A program made the translations under genes and the position numbers. Below, piece by piece: positions 32,091 through 41,686 of a stretch of 64,000 nt of DNA. How positions within the stretch are numbered: the stretch's first letter is position 1; each line of letters starts with the position of its first letter. A model generated the notes under the pieces. That model had not been told where the DNA came from, did no database searches, and saw only the letters and a program-made list of their open reading frames with translations. Source of the DNA: an uncultured Elioraea sp. (GTDB lineage Bacteria > Pseudomonadota > Alphaproteobacteria > Acetobacterales > Acetobacteraceae); contig CALFVI010000034.1 in NCBI GenBank assembly GCA_937928775.1, forward strand, positions 19,008-83,007, written 5' to 3'.

Positions 32091-34157
32091 ATGGTTTCGG
32101 CCGGAGTGCACGCTGCCGTCGCTGCCGCCTGCCTCGTCTGGGGCGTGCTCACCTTGGCCGCCGGACGGGGGCGGGTTCCGCTGGCCCTCGCGGGTGCCAG
32201 CCTTCTCACCGGTCTGTGGGCGAGTGCGGTCTCCCTTGCCCCCGACGATCCTTTAAACGGACTGCCGGGTCTGCTCGAGGGGCTGCGCAGCCTTGCTTGG
32301 CTGGCCGCCCTGCTCGTCCTCTATCATCGCTTCGCCGGCGCGGTCGCGCTCCGCCCGGTGCTCCGCTTTGCCTCCGTTGGCGTCGCCATCGCCATCGCCG
32401 TCTTCGCCGGCGCGGCCGTACTGACCCCACCTGTGAGCCAGCCGTCGCTCGCCTCGCCTGGTCTTGCCGGCCGTCTTGCCCTTGCCCTGCTCATCCTGCT
32501 CGTCGCCGAGAATGTCTATCGCAATGTCGGCGACGCCGCGCGCTGGCACGTGAAGCTGCCCTGCATTGCGTTTGGCGGGCTCGCCGCGATCGATCTTGTG
32601 GTGATGGTGGATGCCGTGCTGCGCCGCGCCTTCCTCTCCTCGCTTATTGAGGCGCGCGCGGTGGTCGCCGCTGGCGCTCTGCCGCTGCTCGTGGTTGCCG
32701 CGGTGCGCGACCGCCGCGTGCGACGCAGGCTGCCGGTGTCGCGCACAGTCGTCTTCCACGCCGCCACTCTCGTCGTAGGCGGCGTCTTCCTTCTCGCCGT
32801 CGGCCTGGTTGGTGAGGTCGCCCGGCACCTCGGTGCCTCCTGGGGCGAGGTGGCGCGTGCGAGCCTGCTCGGCTGTGCCGCCATCGGCCTTGCCGTCGCC
32901 CTCGCCTCCGAGACAGTGCGCTCGCACATCCGCCGGCGGATCGTCGACCATTTTTTTACCGCCCGCTACGACTATCGGCGCGAGTGGCAGCGCGTGCTGG
33001 CCACCCTATCGGCGGCAGACAATACGGAGCAGCCTCTGCTGCGGGCCGTGCGCGCGGTGGCCGATGCGGTGGACAGCCCGGCGGGGGTGCTTCTCCTGGC
33101 AGACGATGGCTCAGACCCGTTCCTGCGTTGGCAAATCTCCTGGAACCTGCCGGATTGCCCCTCGCTCAAGCTTGCACGCGAAGGGTCCTTCGCGCGCGGT
33201 CTGCGTGGCGGGGAATGGGTTGTCGACTGCACGGAGGGTGGTTGCACCGACCTGCCGAGTGAGGCGCCGCGCCCAATCTGGCTCGCGGTGCCGCTGCGGC
33301 ATCCGCGCGATGGCATGATTGGCCTCGTCCTCCTCGCCCCGCCGCGCGCCCCGTTTCCGCTCGATGGCGAAACCTTCGACCTGCTGCGCGCCATCGGCTC
33401 CGAGGTTGCGGTGTTCCTTTCCGAACGCCGTGCCGCAGAGAGGCTGGCCGAGAACCGCCGCCTTGCCGACTATGCCAAGCGCTTCGCCTTCGTCGCGCAC
33501 GATGTGAAAACGGTGGCAAGCCAGCTTCGCCTGCTGCTCGCCAATGCCGAGGCCAATCTCGACGACCCCGAGTTCCGGCGCGACATGCTGACCACGGTCC
33601 GGCTCGCCGCCGACCGCATCGACAGCCTGATCGCCCGTCTGCGCGGCTCGGCCGAGCCGGGGCACCCCGCGCCAGCGCCCCCTGCCGCGGAGGGTCTCGA
33701 CCCGGCGGAGTGCCTAAGCCGACTCGCCCGCCGGCATGCCCCACGGGTGCGGCTCACCGCCGAGGCTGGGCTCGCGGTTGCCATGACCGCTGAGGCCTTG
33801 GACGCCGCCGTGACGCACCTGCTCGACAATGCGCTGGAAGCCTCGCCAAGGGATGCGCCGGTCGAGGTCGTGCTGCGTCGCGACGGCGAGCGCGCTGTGA
33901 TCGAGATCACCGACCACGGTCCCGGGATGAGCACAGAATTTATCCGCGACGTGCTGTTTCGCCCGCTCGGCACGGCGGGCAAGACCAAAGGCAGCGGCAT
34001 CGGGGCATGGCAGGCGCGGGAACTGGCACGTGAGGCGGGCGGCGATCTCGAGGCGTGCAGCGTGCCGGGCCGCGGCACGACCATGCGCCTCAGCCTTCCC
34101 CTGGCGCGCCGCGCGCTCGCGACCTCGCCCACACCGGTGCAGGGGAGGGCGGCGTGA
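32091..34157 (+). CDS. prsK: PEP-CTERM system histidine kinase
   Basis: Multi-TM N-terminus, HFFTARYDYRREW, GAF-like region, FAFVAHDVKT (H-box), HLLDNALEAS, DHGPGMS, GSGIGAWQARE. Confidence 0.93.
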   Translation: MVSAGVHAAVAAACLVWGVLTLAAGRGRVPLALAGASLLTGLWASAVSLAPDDPLNGLPGLLEGLRSLAWLAALLVLYHRFAGAVALRPVLRFASVGVAIAIAVFAGAAVLTPPVSQPSLASPGLAGRLALALLILLVAENVYRNVGDAARWHVKLPCIAFGGLAAIDLVVMVDAVLRRAFLSSLIEARAVVAAGALPLLVVAAVRDRRVRRRLPVSRTVVFHAATLVVGGVFLLAVGLVGEVARHLGASWGEVARASLLGCAAIGLAVALASETVRSHIRRRIVDHFFTARYDYRREWQRVLATLSAADNTEQPLLRAVRAVADAVDSPAGVLLLADDGSDPFLRWQISWNLPDCPSLKLAREGSFARGLRGGEWVVDCTEGGCTDLPSEAPRPIWLAVPLRHPRDGMIGLVLLAPPRAPFPLDGETFDLLRAIGSEVAVFLSERRAAERLAENRRLADYAKRFAFVAHDVKTVASQLRLLLANAEANLDDPEFRRDMLTTVRLAADRIDSLIARLRGSAEPGHPAPAPPAAEGLDPAECLSRLARRHAPRVRLTAEAGLAVAMTAEALDAAVTHLLDNALEASPRDAPVEVVLRRDGERAVIEITDHGPGMSTEFIRDVLFRPLGTAGKTKGSGIGAWQARELAREAGGDLEACSVPGRGTTMRLSLPLARRALATSPTPVQGRAA

Positions 34158-35557
34158 GCAAGCCCAAGCTCCTCGTGGTTGAGGACGATGAGGGCCTCGC
34201 CATGCAATACAAGTGGGGCTTTCCCGACTGGCGCGTGGTGCTCGCCACGGATCGGGCCGAGGCAGAGGCGGCAGCGCGACGGGAAAAGCCCGCCGTGGTG
34301 CTGCTCGACCTCGGCCTGCCGCCGGACCCGGAGGGTGTGAGCGAAGGCTTTGCCACTCTAGAAGCGCTGCGCCAGCTTAACCCCCTCCTGCCCGTCGTCG
34401 TCTCCTCAGGCCAGGACCAGCGCGCCAACATGCTGCGTGCCGTTGCGCTCGGCGCTTACGACTTTTGCCCCAAGCCCGCCGATCTTGGCATGCTGCGCAT
34501 CGTGCTCGACCGCGCGCTTCGTCTGCGCGAGCTTGAGGAGGAGAACCAGCGCCTCGCCGCCGTGCCGCGCGCCTCGCCCATCCAGGGCATCCTTACCGCA
34601 GACGAGCGCATGCTCGCCCTCTGCCGCCAGATCGAGCGTTTGGCGTCGGTTGCGGTTCCGGTTCTGCTTCTTGGCGAGTCCGGCACCGGCAAGGAGGCGC
34701 TCGCCCGTGCGCTGCACGAGTTGGGTCCGCGGGCGGAGAAGCCCTTCGTCGCCATCAACGCTGCGGCGATCCCAGAGACCCTGCTCGAGTCCGAACTCTT
34801 CGGGCACGAGAAGGGGGCCTTTACCGGCGCCATTCGCCAGGTCATCGGCAAGTTCGAGCAAGCCAATGGCGGCACGCTCTTTCTCGACGAGATCGGCGAC
34901 CTGCCGCTTGCGCTGCAGGCCAAGCTCCTGCGTTTCCTCGAGGAGCGAACGATTGAGAGGTTGGGGGGGCGGACGCCGATCAGCGTCGATGTCCGCCTTG
35001 TCTCCGCCACCAATCAGCCGCTGGAGCAGTTGGCGGCCGAGGGCCGTTTCCGCTCCGACCTGCTTTACCGGCTGAACGCGGTGACGGTGCGCATTCCCCC
35101 CTTGCGCGATCGCGGGCAGGACGTGCTTGTGCTCGCGCGCGCCTTCCTCGCCCGCGATGCGCGCGAGTTCGGCCGCCGCCTGCGCGGGTTCGATCCCTCC
35201 GCCGAAGCCGCTCTGCTCGCCCACCCCTGGCCTGGCAATGTGCGCGAGCTGCAAAACCGGGTGCGCCGTGCCGTGCTGATGAGCGAGGGGCCGCTGGTTT
35301 CCGCCGCCGACCTGGAGCTCGAGGCGCCTGCCGAGGCGCCGACGGAAGAGTTTGGCGAAGCGGCGTTCGACCTCCGCCTGGCCCGGCTGCGCGCCGAGCG
35401 CGAGACGATTCAGAAGGCTCTTGCCCATGCGCATGGCAGCCTTACTCAGGCCGCCCGGCTGCTCCGCATCAGCCGCCCCACACTGTACAGCCTGCTCGAG
35501 ACGCACGGCATCGCCGTCCCGCGCGGCGAGGCCCAGGATCCTGTCGACGCCGCCTGA
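34154..35557 (+). CDS. prsR: PEP-CTERM-box sigma-54 response regulator
   Basis: Receiver LLVVEDD...LLDLGLPPDP, GESGTGKE, ESELFGHEKGAFTGA, WPGNVRELQN, C-terminal HTH ISRPTLY. Confidence 0.95.
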   Translation: MSKPKLLVVEDDEGLAMQYKWGFPDWRVVLATDRAEAEAAARREKPAVVLLDLGLPPDPEGVSEGFATLEALRQLNPLLPVVVSSGQDQRANMLRAVALGAYDFCPKPADLGMLRIVLDRALRLRELEEENQRLAAVPRASPIQGILTADERMLALCRQIERLASVAVPVLLLGESGTGKEALARALHELGPRAEKPFVAINAAAIPETLLESELFGHEKGAFTGAIRQVIGKFEQANGGTLFLDEIGDLPLALQAKLLRFLEERTIERLGGRTPISVDVRLVSATNQPLEQLAAEGRFRSDLLYRLNAVTVRIPPLRDRGQDVLVLARAFLARDAREFGRRLRGFDPSAEAALLAHPWPGNVRELQNRVRRAVLMSEGPLVSAADLELEAPAEAPTEEFGEAAFDLRLARLRAERETIQKALAHAHGSLTQAARLLRISRPTLYSLLETHGIAVPRGEAQDPVDAA

Positions 35558-35570
35558 CGGAGACCCGACA

Positions 35571-38399
35571 ATGAGCGCGCGCCTTCGCCCCCCCCTTCAC
35601 CTCGCGACCTTTGCCCTGGCCGCTGCTCTTATCGCCGTCCCGGCCGACGCTAACCCCGACCGGGCGCGTGCCGCCGAGGCCCGGGGCGACCTGCGGGCGG
35701 CGCAGATCGAATGGCGCAACGCGGTGCGTGCGAACCCGAACGATCCCGCCCTGCGCGCGGCACTCGCCCGCATCTCGCTCGCCCTCGGCGATGGCGACAC
35801 CGCCGAGAAGGAGGCCCGCGCCGCGCTCGAGCGCGGCTTCGACCGGCGCGAGGGCACCGCCATCTTGCTGCGTGCCTATCTTCTCCTGCGCCGTCACACC
35901 GAGCTCTTGCGCGACTTCCCGAGCAACGAGGGCGCGGTTCCCGCCGACGTGTCCGGCACCATCGCCGCCTTCCGTGCCTTTGCCCTTCTCGCCCTCGACC
36001 GTCGCGAGGAGGCGCGCCGCGAGGCGGCGACGGCGGTGCGCCTCGCCCCGCGGCTAGTCGAGCCGTACCTGGCGCAAGCTGCGGTCGCCGCTGCCGAAGG
36101 CGATCGTGCCGGGCACGAGGCCGCGGTGGATGCCGCGCTCGCCGTCGATCCCGACAACGTGGAGGCGCTGAACCGCAAAGCCGCGCTGCAGTTCGAGCGC
36201 GGCGACCTCGCCGCCGCGGTGGAGACGTTCGGGCGCATCATCGCCCGTGCCCCAGGCGATGCACTGGCCTTGTTCCGCCGCGGCGAGGTGCTGATGCGGT
36301 CTGGCGACTTCGAGGGGGCGCGACGCGACATCGCCGCCGGGCTCAAACTCGCCCCCAACATGCCAGTGGGCCTTCTGCTCGATGCCATGCTGAAGGTCCA
36401 GGCGCGCGACTTCCAGGGGGCCGACCAGGCGCTCAGCCGCATCCCAGGGCAAACCTTGGCCAACCTGCCGGACGGGCTGCTGGTGCTGGCGACGGTGAAG
36501 CGGGCGCTTGGCCAGACGGCGCAGGCCGAAGATGCTGCCCAGCGTCATGTCGCGCGCCGGCCTGACGATCCGCGTGGGGCGAAGCTGCTCGCCACGCTGG
36601 AAATGGAGCGCGGTGCACCAGACGCGGCGGCAGGCACGCTCGCTCGCCTTGCACAGCGCGGCCGGGCGGATGCCGAGGCCTACGACATGCTCGGCAGGGC
36701 GCATGCCGCCATGCGTCGGCGGACGGAAGCGCGCGAGGCATTCGAGCGCGCGGCGGAACTCGCCCCGCAGGATCCAGGCATCCTGACCCGCCTCGCCGTT
36801 GCCCGCCTTGCCGTGGGCGAGACCATCGCCGCTGCCGAGGCAGCCCGGGCCGCCCTCGCTCTCGCCCCCGACCAGCGCGGCGCGCGCGAGGTGCTGGCCT
36901 CCGCTGCCCTCGCGCTCGGCGATCTCGACACCGCGATGGCCGAGCTTGACCGTCTCGGGCCCGAGGCGCGCCAGGGCGAGCTTGCCGGCATCGTCGAGGC
37001 GACGATCCGCCTGATCCGGCTTGATCTCGCCGGAGCGAAGGAGCGCTTTGAGGCGGTGCTGCGCACCCAGCCCGACAGTGTGCGCGCCAGGCTCGGGCTC
37101 GCCCGCATCGCCGCGATCGAGAACGATGCGGCGCGGACGGAGCGTCTGTTGACCGAGGTGCTTGAACGCGACCCCGAGAATGCGGAGGCCCTGCGCAGGA
37201 TTGCCAACGCGGCGGGGTCGGGCGGGCCGCACGGCGCCTCGGCGGTCGCCATCCTCGAGCGGACCTATGCCGCGAACCCGACCTCGAGCGCGGTCGCCCT
37301 GGCTCTCGCCTCGGCGCATCTCCGCCTGCGCCAGCCGGAGAGGGCGGTCGCCGTCCTCGACACGCCCGCCTGGCGCGATCGGGCGAGGACGACCCAGCAT
37401 CTGATCCTGCTCGCCGAGGCCCACGCCCAGGCCGGGCAGGCGGCCGAGGCCGAGGCGGCAGCGCGCGCCGCTCTGGCGCAGGATCCCCGCTCCGCGATCG
37501 CCCGCCGCCAGCTCGCCACGCTGCTCGCGCGGCGCAACGATGTCGGCGCGGCTGAGGCGGTGCTGCAGCAGGGGATCAGGGTGCAGCCGAACGACGGGCT
37601 GCTCCTGCAGGGGCTGGTCGAGCTGGTGCGGGAAGCGCGCGGGCTAGATGCCGCGCTTGATCTCGCCGACACGCTGGCGCGGCAAAGGGACTCGTGGCCG
37701 GCTTCGCTTGCCTTACGCGGCAATTTGCTGATGGCCGCGAACCGGATCGAGGAGGCGGCGGCGGCGTATGAGGCGGGGTATCGCACCGCGCCGTCGGCGG
37801 CGCTGGCGCAAGCCCAGGCGGGAGCGTGGCAGGCGGCTGGTCGGCTGGACCGCGCGGCGGCGGCACTGAAGGCTTGGCTGGAGCGCGAGCCCGACGACGT
37901 CGGCAGTCACGCCCTGCTGTCGCAGATCGAGATCTTGCAGGGTGAAAAGAGTTCGGCGGAGACCAGGCTGCGCAAGGTGGTTGCCGCCCGCCCCGATGAT
38001 GGAGTCTCCGCCAACAACCTTGCCTGGCTGATGCAGGCGCGGGCGGACAGCGAGACCGAAGCCGGGAAGGCCACGCTTGCGGAGGCGCTGCAGCTCGCGC
38101 AGCGCGCCTATTTCCTCACCCCGACCCCGGAGACGGCCGACACTTTGGGCTGGATCCTGTTCCGTATCGGGCGCGCGGATGCTGCGCTGCCGTTCCTGCG
38201 CCAAGCGGCCGCTGGGGCAGCGCAGAGGCCCGCGCCCGATCCGGGGATCTTCGTCCGCTTCGCGCACGGGCTTGCCGCGACCGGCGCGCGAGAGGAGGCG
38301 ATGCGTGTGCTCGAGCCGATCATGGCCGCCAATCTCCGCTTCGCTGAACGGGCCGAGGCGGAGGCGCTGCTGACGCGTCTGCGCGCGGCGCAGCGATAG
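35571..38399 (+). CDS. prsT: PEP-CTERM system TPR-repeat protein
   Basis: Signal peptide, AAQIEWRNAV, many TPR-like repeats, ANNLAWL...ADTLGWIL; follows prsK-prsR. Confidence 0.9.
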   Translation: MSARLRPPLHLATFALAAALIAVPADANPDRARAAEARGDLRAAQIEWRNAVRANPNDPALRAALARISLALGDGDTAEKEARAALERGFDRREGTAILLRAYLLLRRHTELLRDFPSNEGAVPADVSGTIAAFRAFALLALDRREEARREAATAVRLAPRLVEPYLAQAAVAAAEGDRAGHEAAVDAALAVDPDNVEALNRKAALQFERGDLAAAVETFGRIIARAPGDALALFRRGEVLMRSGDFEGARRDIAAGLKLAPNMPVGLLLDAMLKVQARDFQGADQALSRIPGQTLANLPDGLLVLATVKRALGQTAQAEDAAQRHVARRPDDPRGAKLLATLEMERGAPDAAAGTLARLAQRGRADAEAYDMLGRAHAAMRRRTEAREAFERAAELAPQDPGILTRLAVARLAVGETIAAAEAARAALALAPDQRGAREVLASAALALGDLDTAMAELDRLGPEARQGELAGIVEATIRLIRLDLAGAKERFEAVLRTQPDSVRARLGLARIAAIENDAARTERLLTEVLERDPENAEALRRIANAAGSGGPHGASAVAILERTYAANPTSSAVALALASAHLRLRQPERAVAVLDTPAWRDRARTTQHLILLAEAHAQAGQAAEAEAAARAALAQDPRSAIARRQLATLLARRNDVGAAEAVLQQGIRVQPNDGLLLQGLVELVREARGLDAALDLADTLARQRDSWPASLALRGNLLMAANRIEEAAAAYEAGYRTAPSAALAQAQAGAWQAAGRLDRAAAALKAWLEREPDDVGSHALLSQIEILQGEKSSAETRLRKVVAARPDDGVSANNLAWLMQARADSETEAGKATLAEALQLAQRAYFLTPTPETADTLGWILFRIGRADAALPFLRQAAAGAAQRPAPDPGIFVRFAHGLAATGAREEAMRVLEPIMAANLRFAERAEAEALLTRLRAAQR

Positions 38400-38429
38400 G
38401 TCATCGCGTCGCGCCAAAGACCGTTTGGC

Positions 38430-39803
38430 ATGCTGCGCTCGATCGCCTTCACCGCGATCATGGTGCCGTTTCTCGTTCTAACGGCGGCCGGCAAGCCGTT
38501 CCTCGGCGTGCTGCTCTGGTCGTGGATTTCGTTCATGAATCCGCACCGGATGATCTACGGCTTCGCTTCGCCGATCCCGTGGGCGATGCTCAGCTTCATC
38601 GCCACGGTCATCGGCTGCGTGATCGCCCGCGAACCAAAGCGCCTGCCGCGCGATGCGCTTACGGTTTTGCTCATCCTGTTCGCTATCGGCATCACGATCA
38701 CTTCGCTGACTGCCATCTCGTCGCCGGAACGGGTTTGGGCGCGCTACGATAAAGTGATCAAGATCCTGCTCGGCCTTCTGCTGACGCGAGCCTTGCTGAC
38801 CGACGCCGATCGCATCCACGCTCTGTTGTGGATGATGGCGATCTCCTTCGGCTTCTATGGCATTCGTGGCGGGATCTTTACTCTTGTGACGGGCGGCGTG
38901 CACAAGGTGCTTGGCCCGGCCGATACCATGATTGCGGATCGCAACCACATCGCGGTCGCGCTGCTGTTCGCCATTCCGCTAATGAACCATCTTCGCGTGC
39001 AGTCGAAGCACGCGATGGTCAGGGCCGGCATCATGGCTGCCATGGTGCTGACGGCCTTTGCCGCCATCGGCACCCAGTCGCGTGGCGCTCTGGTTGCTTT
39101 CGCCGCCACCGGTTTCGTCTTTTGGCTGCGCAGCAGAGGGAAGGTAGTCTCTGCTATTGCCCTCATCTTCGCCGCAGCGGCGGTGATCGCCTTCATGCCA
39201 GAGAGCTGGGAACAGCGCATGCGCTCGATCATCGACTATGAGGGTGATGGGTCTGCGATGGGCCGGCTCTGGATCTGGGAGACCTCGCTGAGAATCGCGC
39301 TCGCCCGCCCGCTGACGGGGGGCGGGTTCCAGGCGATGTACGAGCAACCGATCGTCGATCGCTTTACACCTGGCGTTCCGGCCCGAGCGGCGCACAGCAT
39401 TTGGTTCGAGACTTTGGGCGAGCACGGCTTTGTTGTGTTCGGGATCTGGCTTGGCATTCTGATTGTTGGGTGGCTCTATGCCTCAGCCTTGGTTCGCCTT
39501 GGCCGCGCAGAGAAAGAGTTCGCGTGGGCGAATAGCCTGGGCCGCATGAGCCAGGTCTCCCTGCTCGCCTACATGACGGGGGGAAGCTTCCTGTCCCTGC
39601 AGTACTGGGACGGGTATCTCACACTGGTCGGCATCCTGGCTGCCACCCGCGAACTCCTCGTTGCGGCACGTGAGGCGCGCCGTTTGGCAACTTCGTCCTG
39701 GCGTTCGGCGGCAGCGGGGCGAGCAGGGGCTATACCGGTGCTGCAGCCGGCCGCGGCGCGGGGCGAGAGTCGCCCCTCCTGGCGCACCCGATCGGTGCGA
39801 TGA
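38430..39803 (+). CDS. Putative O-glycosylation ligase/Wzy-like polymerase, exosortase-A-associated
   Basis: WISFMNPHR, TQSRGAL, SAMGRLWIW, RAAHSIWFETLGEHG, GGSFLSL. Confidence 0.88.
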   Translation: MLRSIAFTAIMVPFLVLTAAGKPFLGVLLWSWISFMNPHRMIYGFASPIPWAMLSFIATVIGCVIAREPKRLPRDALTVLLILFAIGITITSLTAISSPERVWARYDKVIKILLGLLLTRALLTDADRIHALLWMMAISFGFYGIRGGIFTLVTGGVHKVLGPADTMIADRNHIAVALLFAIPLMNHLRVQSKHAMVRAGIMAAMVLTAFAAIGTQSRGALVAFAATGFVFWLRSRGKVVSAIALIFAAAAVIAFMPESWEQRMRSIIDYEGDGSAMGRLWIWETSLRIALARPLTGGGFQAMYEQPIVDRFTPGVPARAAHSIWFETLGEHGFVVFGIWLGILIVGWLYASALVRLGRAEKEFAWANSLGRMSQVSLLAYMTGGSFLSLQYWDGYLTLVGILAATRELLVAAREARRLATSSWRSAAAGRAGAIPVLQPAAARGESRPSWRTRSVR

Positions 39804-39846
39804 CGATCTTCGCCTGCCATGAACGGATGAGGGAAGAGGGTGAGAG

Positions 39847-40113
39847 GTGCAGAGCGTTTTCTTCGCTGTCATGCTCATTGGCGTCTGCTGGCTTCTCGTC
39901 TGGAGCATGCAGTCCCCGGAGCAGAGGCGACGCAGCTGGTCACCCTTCGACCGTCTCGAACAGGGTGAGTGTAACGACGACCCCGTTCGCCCGTCCGCAC
40001 GACAGCGCACCGCTGCGCCTGCTCACGGTGTCAAGCCTCTACCCGAACCCCGCCCAGCCCAATCATGGCGTGTTCGTCGAGAACAGGCTCAGGCATCTCA
40101 TCGCCAGCGGTGA
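39847..40113 (+). CDS. Possible small membrane protein (88 aa), overlapping the downstream GT4 start
   Basis: Purine-rich RBS region before GTG; N-terminal TM VFFAVMLIGVCWLLVWS then WSPFD. Confidence 0.45.
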   Translation: MQSVFFAVMLIGVCWLLVWSMQSPEQRRRSWSPFDRLEQGECNDDPVRPSARQRTAAPAHGVKPLPEPRPAQSWRVRREQAQASHRQR

Positions 40114-41194
40114 AGCAAGCAGCGTCGTGATCGCGCCGCTGCCCTATTTCCCGGGTCGTGGCGCTTCCAGCCCGATCTGTCCCGCCGAGGAGACGCGCCA
40201 TGGCATTAGGGTCCTGCATCCGCGCTTTCTCGCCGTGCCCGGAGTGGGCATGGCCACCAACCCCGCTTGTTACGCTTTTGCCCTCGCTGCAACGCTACGT
40301 CGGCTGCTGGAGGAAGGGGTGCGCATAGACCTGATCGACGCGCACTACCTCTTTCCCGACGGGGTCGCGGCGGTGCAGGTCGCGAAGCGCTTCGGTCTGC
40401 CGGTGGTGCTGACCGCGCGCGGCTCTGACACCAGCCTCTTCCCCCGCTACTGGCTGCCTCGGCGAATGATCCAGCACGCCCTGGCGCGAGCCGATGGGCT
40501 CATTGCGGTCAGCGCTGCGCTGAAGGAGGGGCTTGTTTCACTCGGCGTATCGCCGGAGCGCGTCGTGGTGCTGCGCAACGGGGTTGATCTCGACCTGTTC
40601 CGTCCGCCCTCCGATCGCGCCGCGCTGCGCGAGGCGCTTCGGCTCGAGGGGCCGACCATTCTCTCCGTCGGGCTGCTCGTGCCGCGCAAACGCCACCATT
40701 TGACGATCGGCGCGCTGTCGTTGCTTCCCGGGATGCAGCTGCTGATCGCCGGCGAGGGGCCAGAGCGCGCGCGGCTCGCGGCGCTTGCGGCGCGGCTTGG
40801 GGTGGCGGATCGCGTGCGGTTCCTCGGTGCGGTGCCGCACCGGGAGCTGCCCTCGCTCTATGCCGCTGCCGACGTGATGGTTCTGGCCTCCGAACGGGAG
40901 GGCTGGGCCAACGTTTTGCTGGAGGCGATGGCCTGCGGCACACCGGTGGTGGCGACCGAGGCTTGGGGCACGCGCGAGGCGATCGGCGAGGAGGGGGCGG
41001 GTGTGGTGGTGAAGGATCCGACCGAGTCCGCACTCGCTGCGGCGATCTCCCGCATGGTGATGGATCCACCACCGCGTGCGCTGGTCCGTGCTTACGCCGA
41101 ACGCTTCGGCTGGGACGAGGTCTCGGCCGGGCAGCTCGCCCTGTTCCGCCGCATCCTAGCGGGCCGCGCCTGCAGCGAGGCAGCGGCGCGATGA
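39965..41194 (+). CDS. GT4 glycosyltransferase (TuaC-like; start uncertain)
   Basis: SLYPNPAQPNHGVFVENRL, DAHYLFPDG, TARGSD, NGVDLDLF, EGWANVLLEAMACGTPVV. Confidence 0.93.
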   Translation: MSVTTTPFARPHDSAPLRLLTVSSLYPNPAQPNHGVFVENRLRHLIASGEASSVVIAPLPYFPGRGASSPICPAEETRHGIRVLHPRFLAVPGVGMATNPACYAFALAATLRRLLEEGVRIDLIDAHYLFPDGVAAVQVAKRFGLPVVLTARGSDTSLFPRYWLPRRMIQHALARADGLIAVSAALKEGLVSLGVSPERVVVLRNGVDLDLFRPPSDRAALREALRLEGPTILSVGLLVPRKRHHLTIGALSLLPGMQLLIAGEGPERARLAALAARLGVADRVRFLGAVPHRELPSLYAAADVMVLASEREGWANVLLEAMACGTPVVATEAWGTREAIGEEGAGVVVKDPTESALAAAISRMVMDPPPRALVRAYAERFGWDEVSAGQLALFRRILAGRACSEAAAR

Positions 41195-41634
41195 TCGAGA
41201 TGAAACTCGGGCGTCGCGCGTTCACCCTCGCGGTGGTGACCGCACCAGCGGGCTGCGCGTCTGAACCGTCGCTTGCGCAGACGCCGCCCCGGCCGCAGCG
41301 CCCTGCGCAGCCAGCACCGCGCGCAGCTGAGCCGGTCCCGCTGCAGCGTGGACCTCACGATTTCGCCGCGATTTCGCTCCGTGCAGCGGCAGCGGCGGCG
41401 GCCGGTCAAACCACCATCGCGCACGCCTTCCCGCCCGGTGTCTTGCCGCGCGACGGAGGGCTCGAGCTCCGCTTCGAGGGTGAGCGCGCGGGTCGGCCTG
41501 TGCAGCTCAGGGTGCTCGCGCGGCACCCGGACGGGTCGGCGCGCACAGCGCTGATCGCTCTCGGCTCCCCAAGCCTGCCGGCGGATCGCTTCCGCGCCGC
41601 GTTGCTTTCGCTCTCCCAGGTGCGACCGCGATGA
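41191..41634 (+). CDS. Small twin-Arg exported (possibly lipo-)protein made of one YetA/PcRGLX N-terminal-like domain
   Basis: GRRAF...APAGC leader; HAFPPGVLP...PVQLRVLARHPDGSARTA; ATGA coupling to GT4. Confidence 0.75.
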   Translation: MIEMKLGRRAFTLAVVTAPAGCASEPSLAQTPPRPQRPAQPAPRAAEPVPLQRGPHDFAAISLRAAAAAAAGQTTIAHAFPPGVLPRDGGLELRFEGERAGRPVQLRVLARHPDGSARTALIALGSPSLPADRFRAALLSLSQVRPR

Positions 41635-41686
41635 CCTGCGCCACGTGCCGCGGCGTCTACGTCTGAAAGGTTTGAGGAGACCTCCC

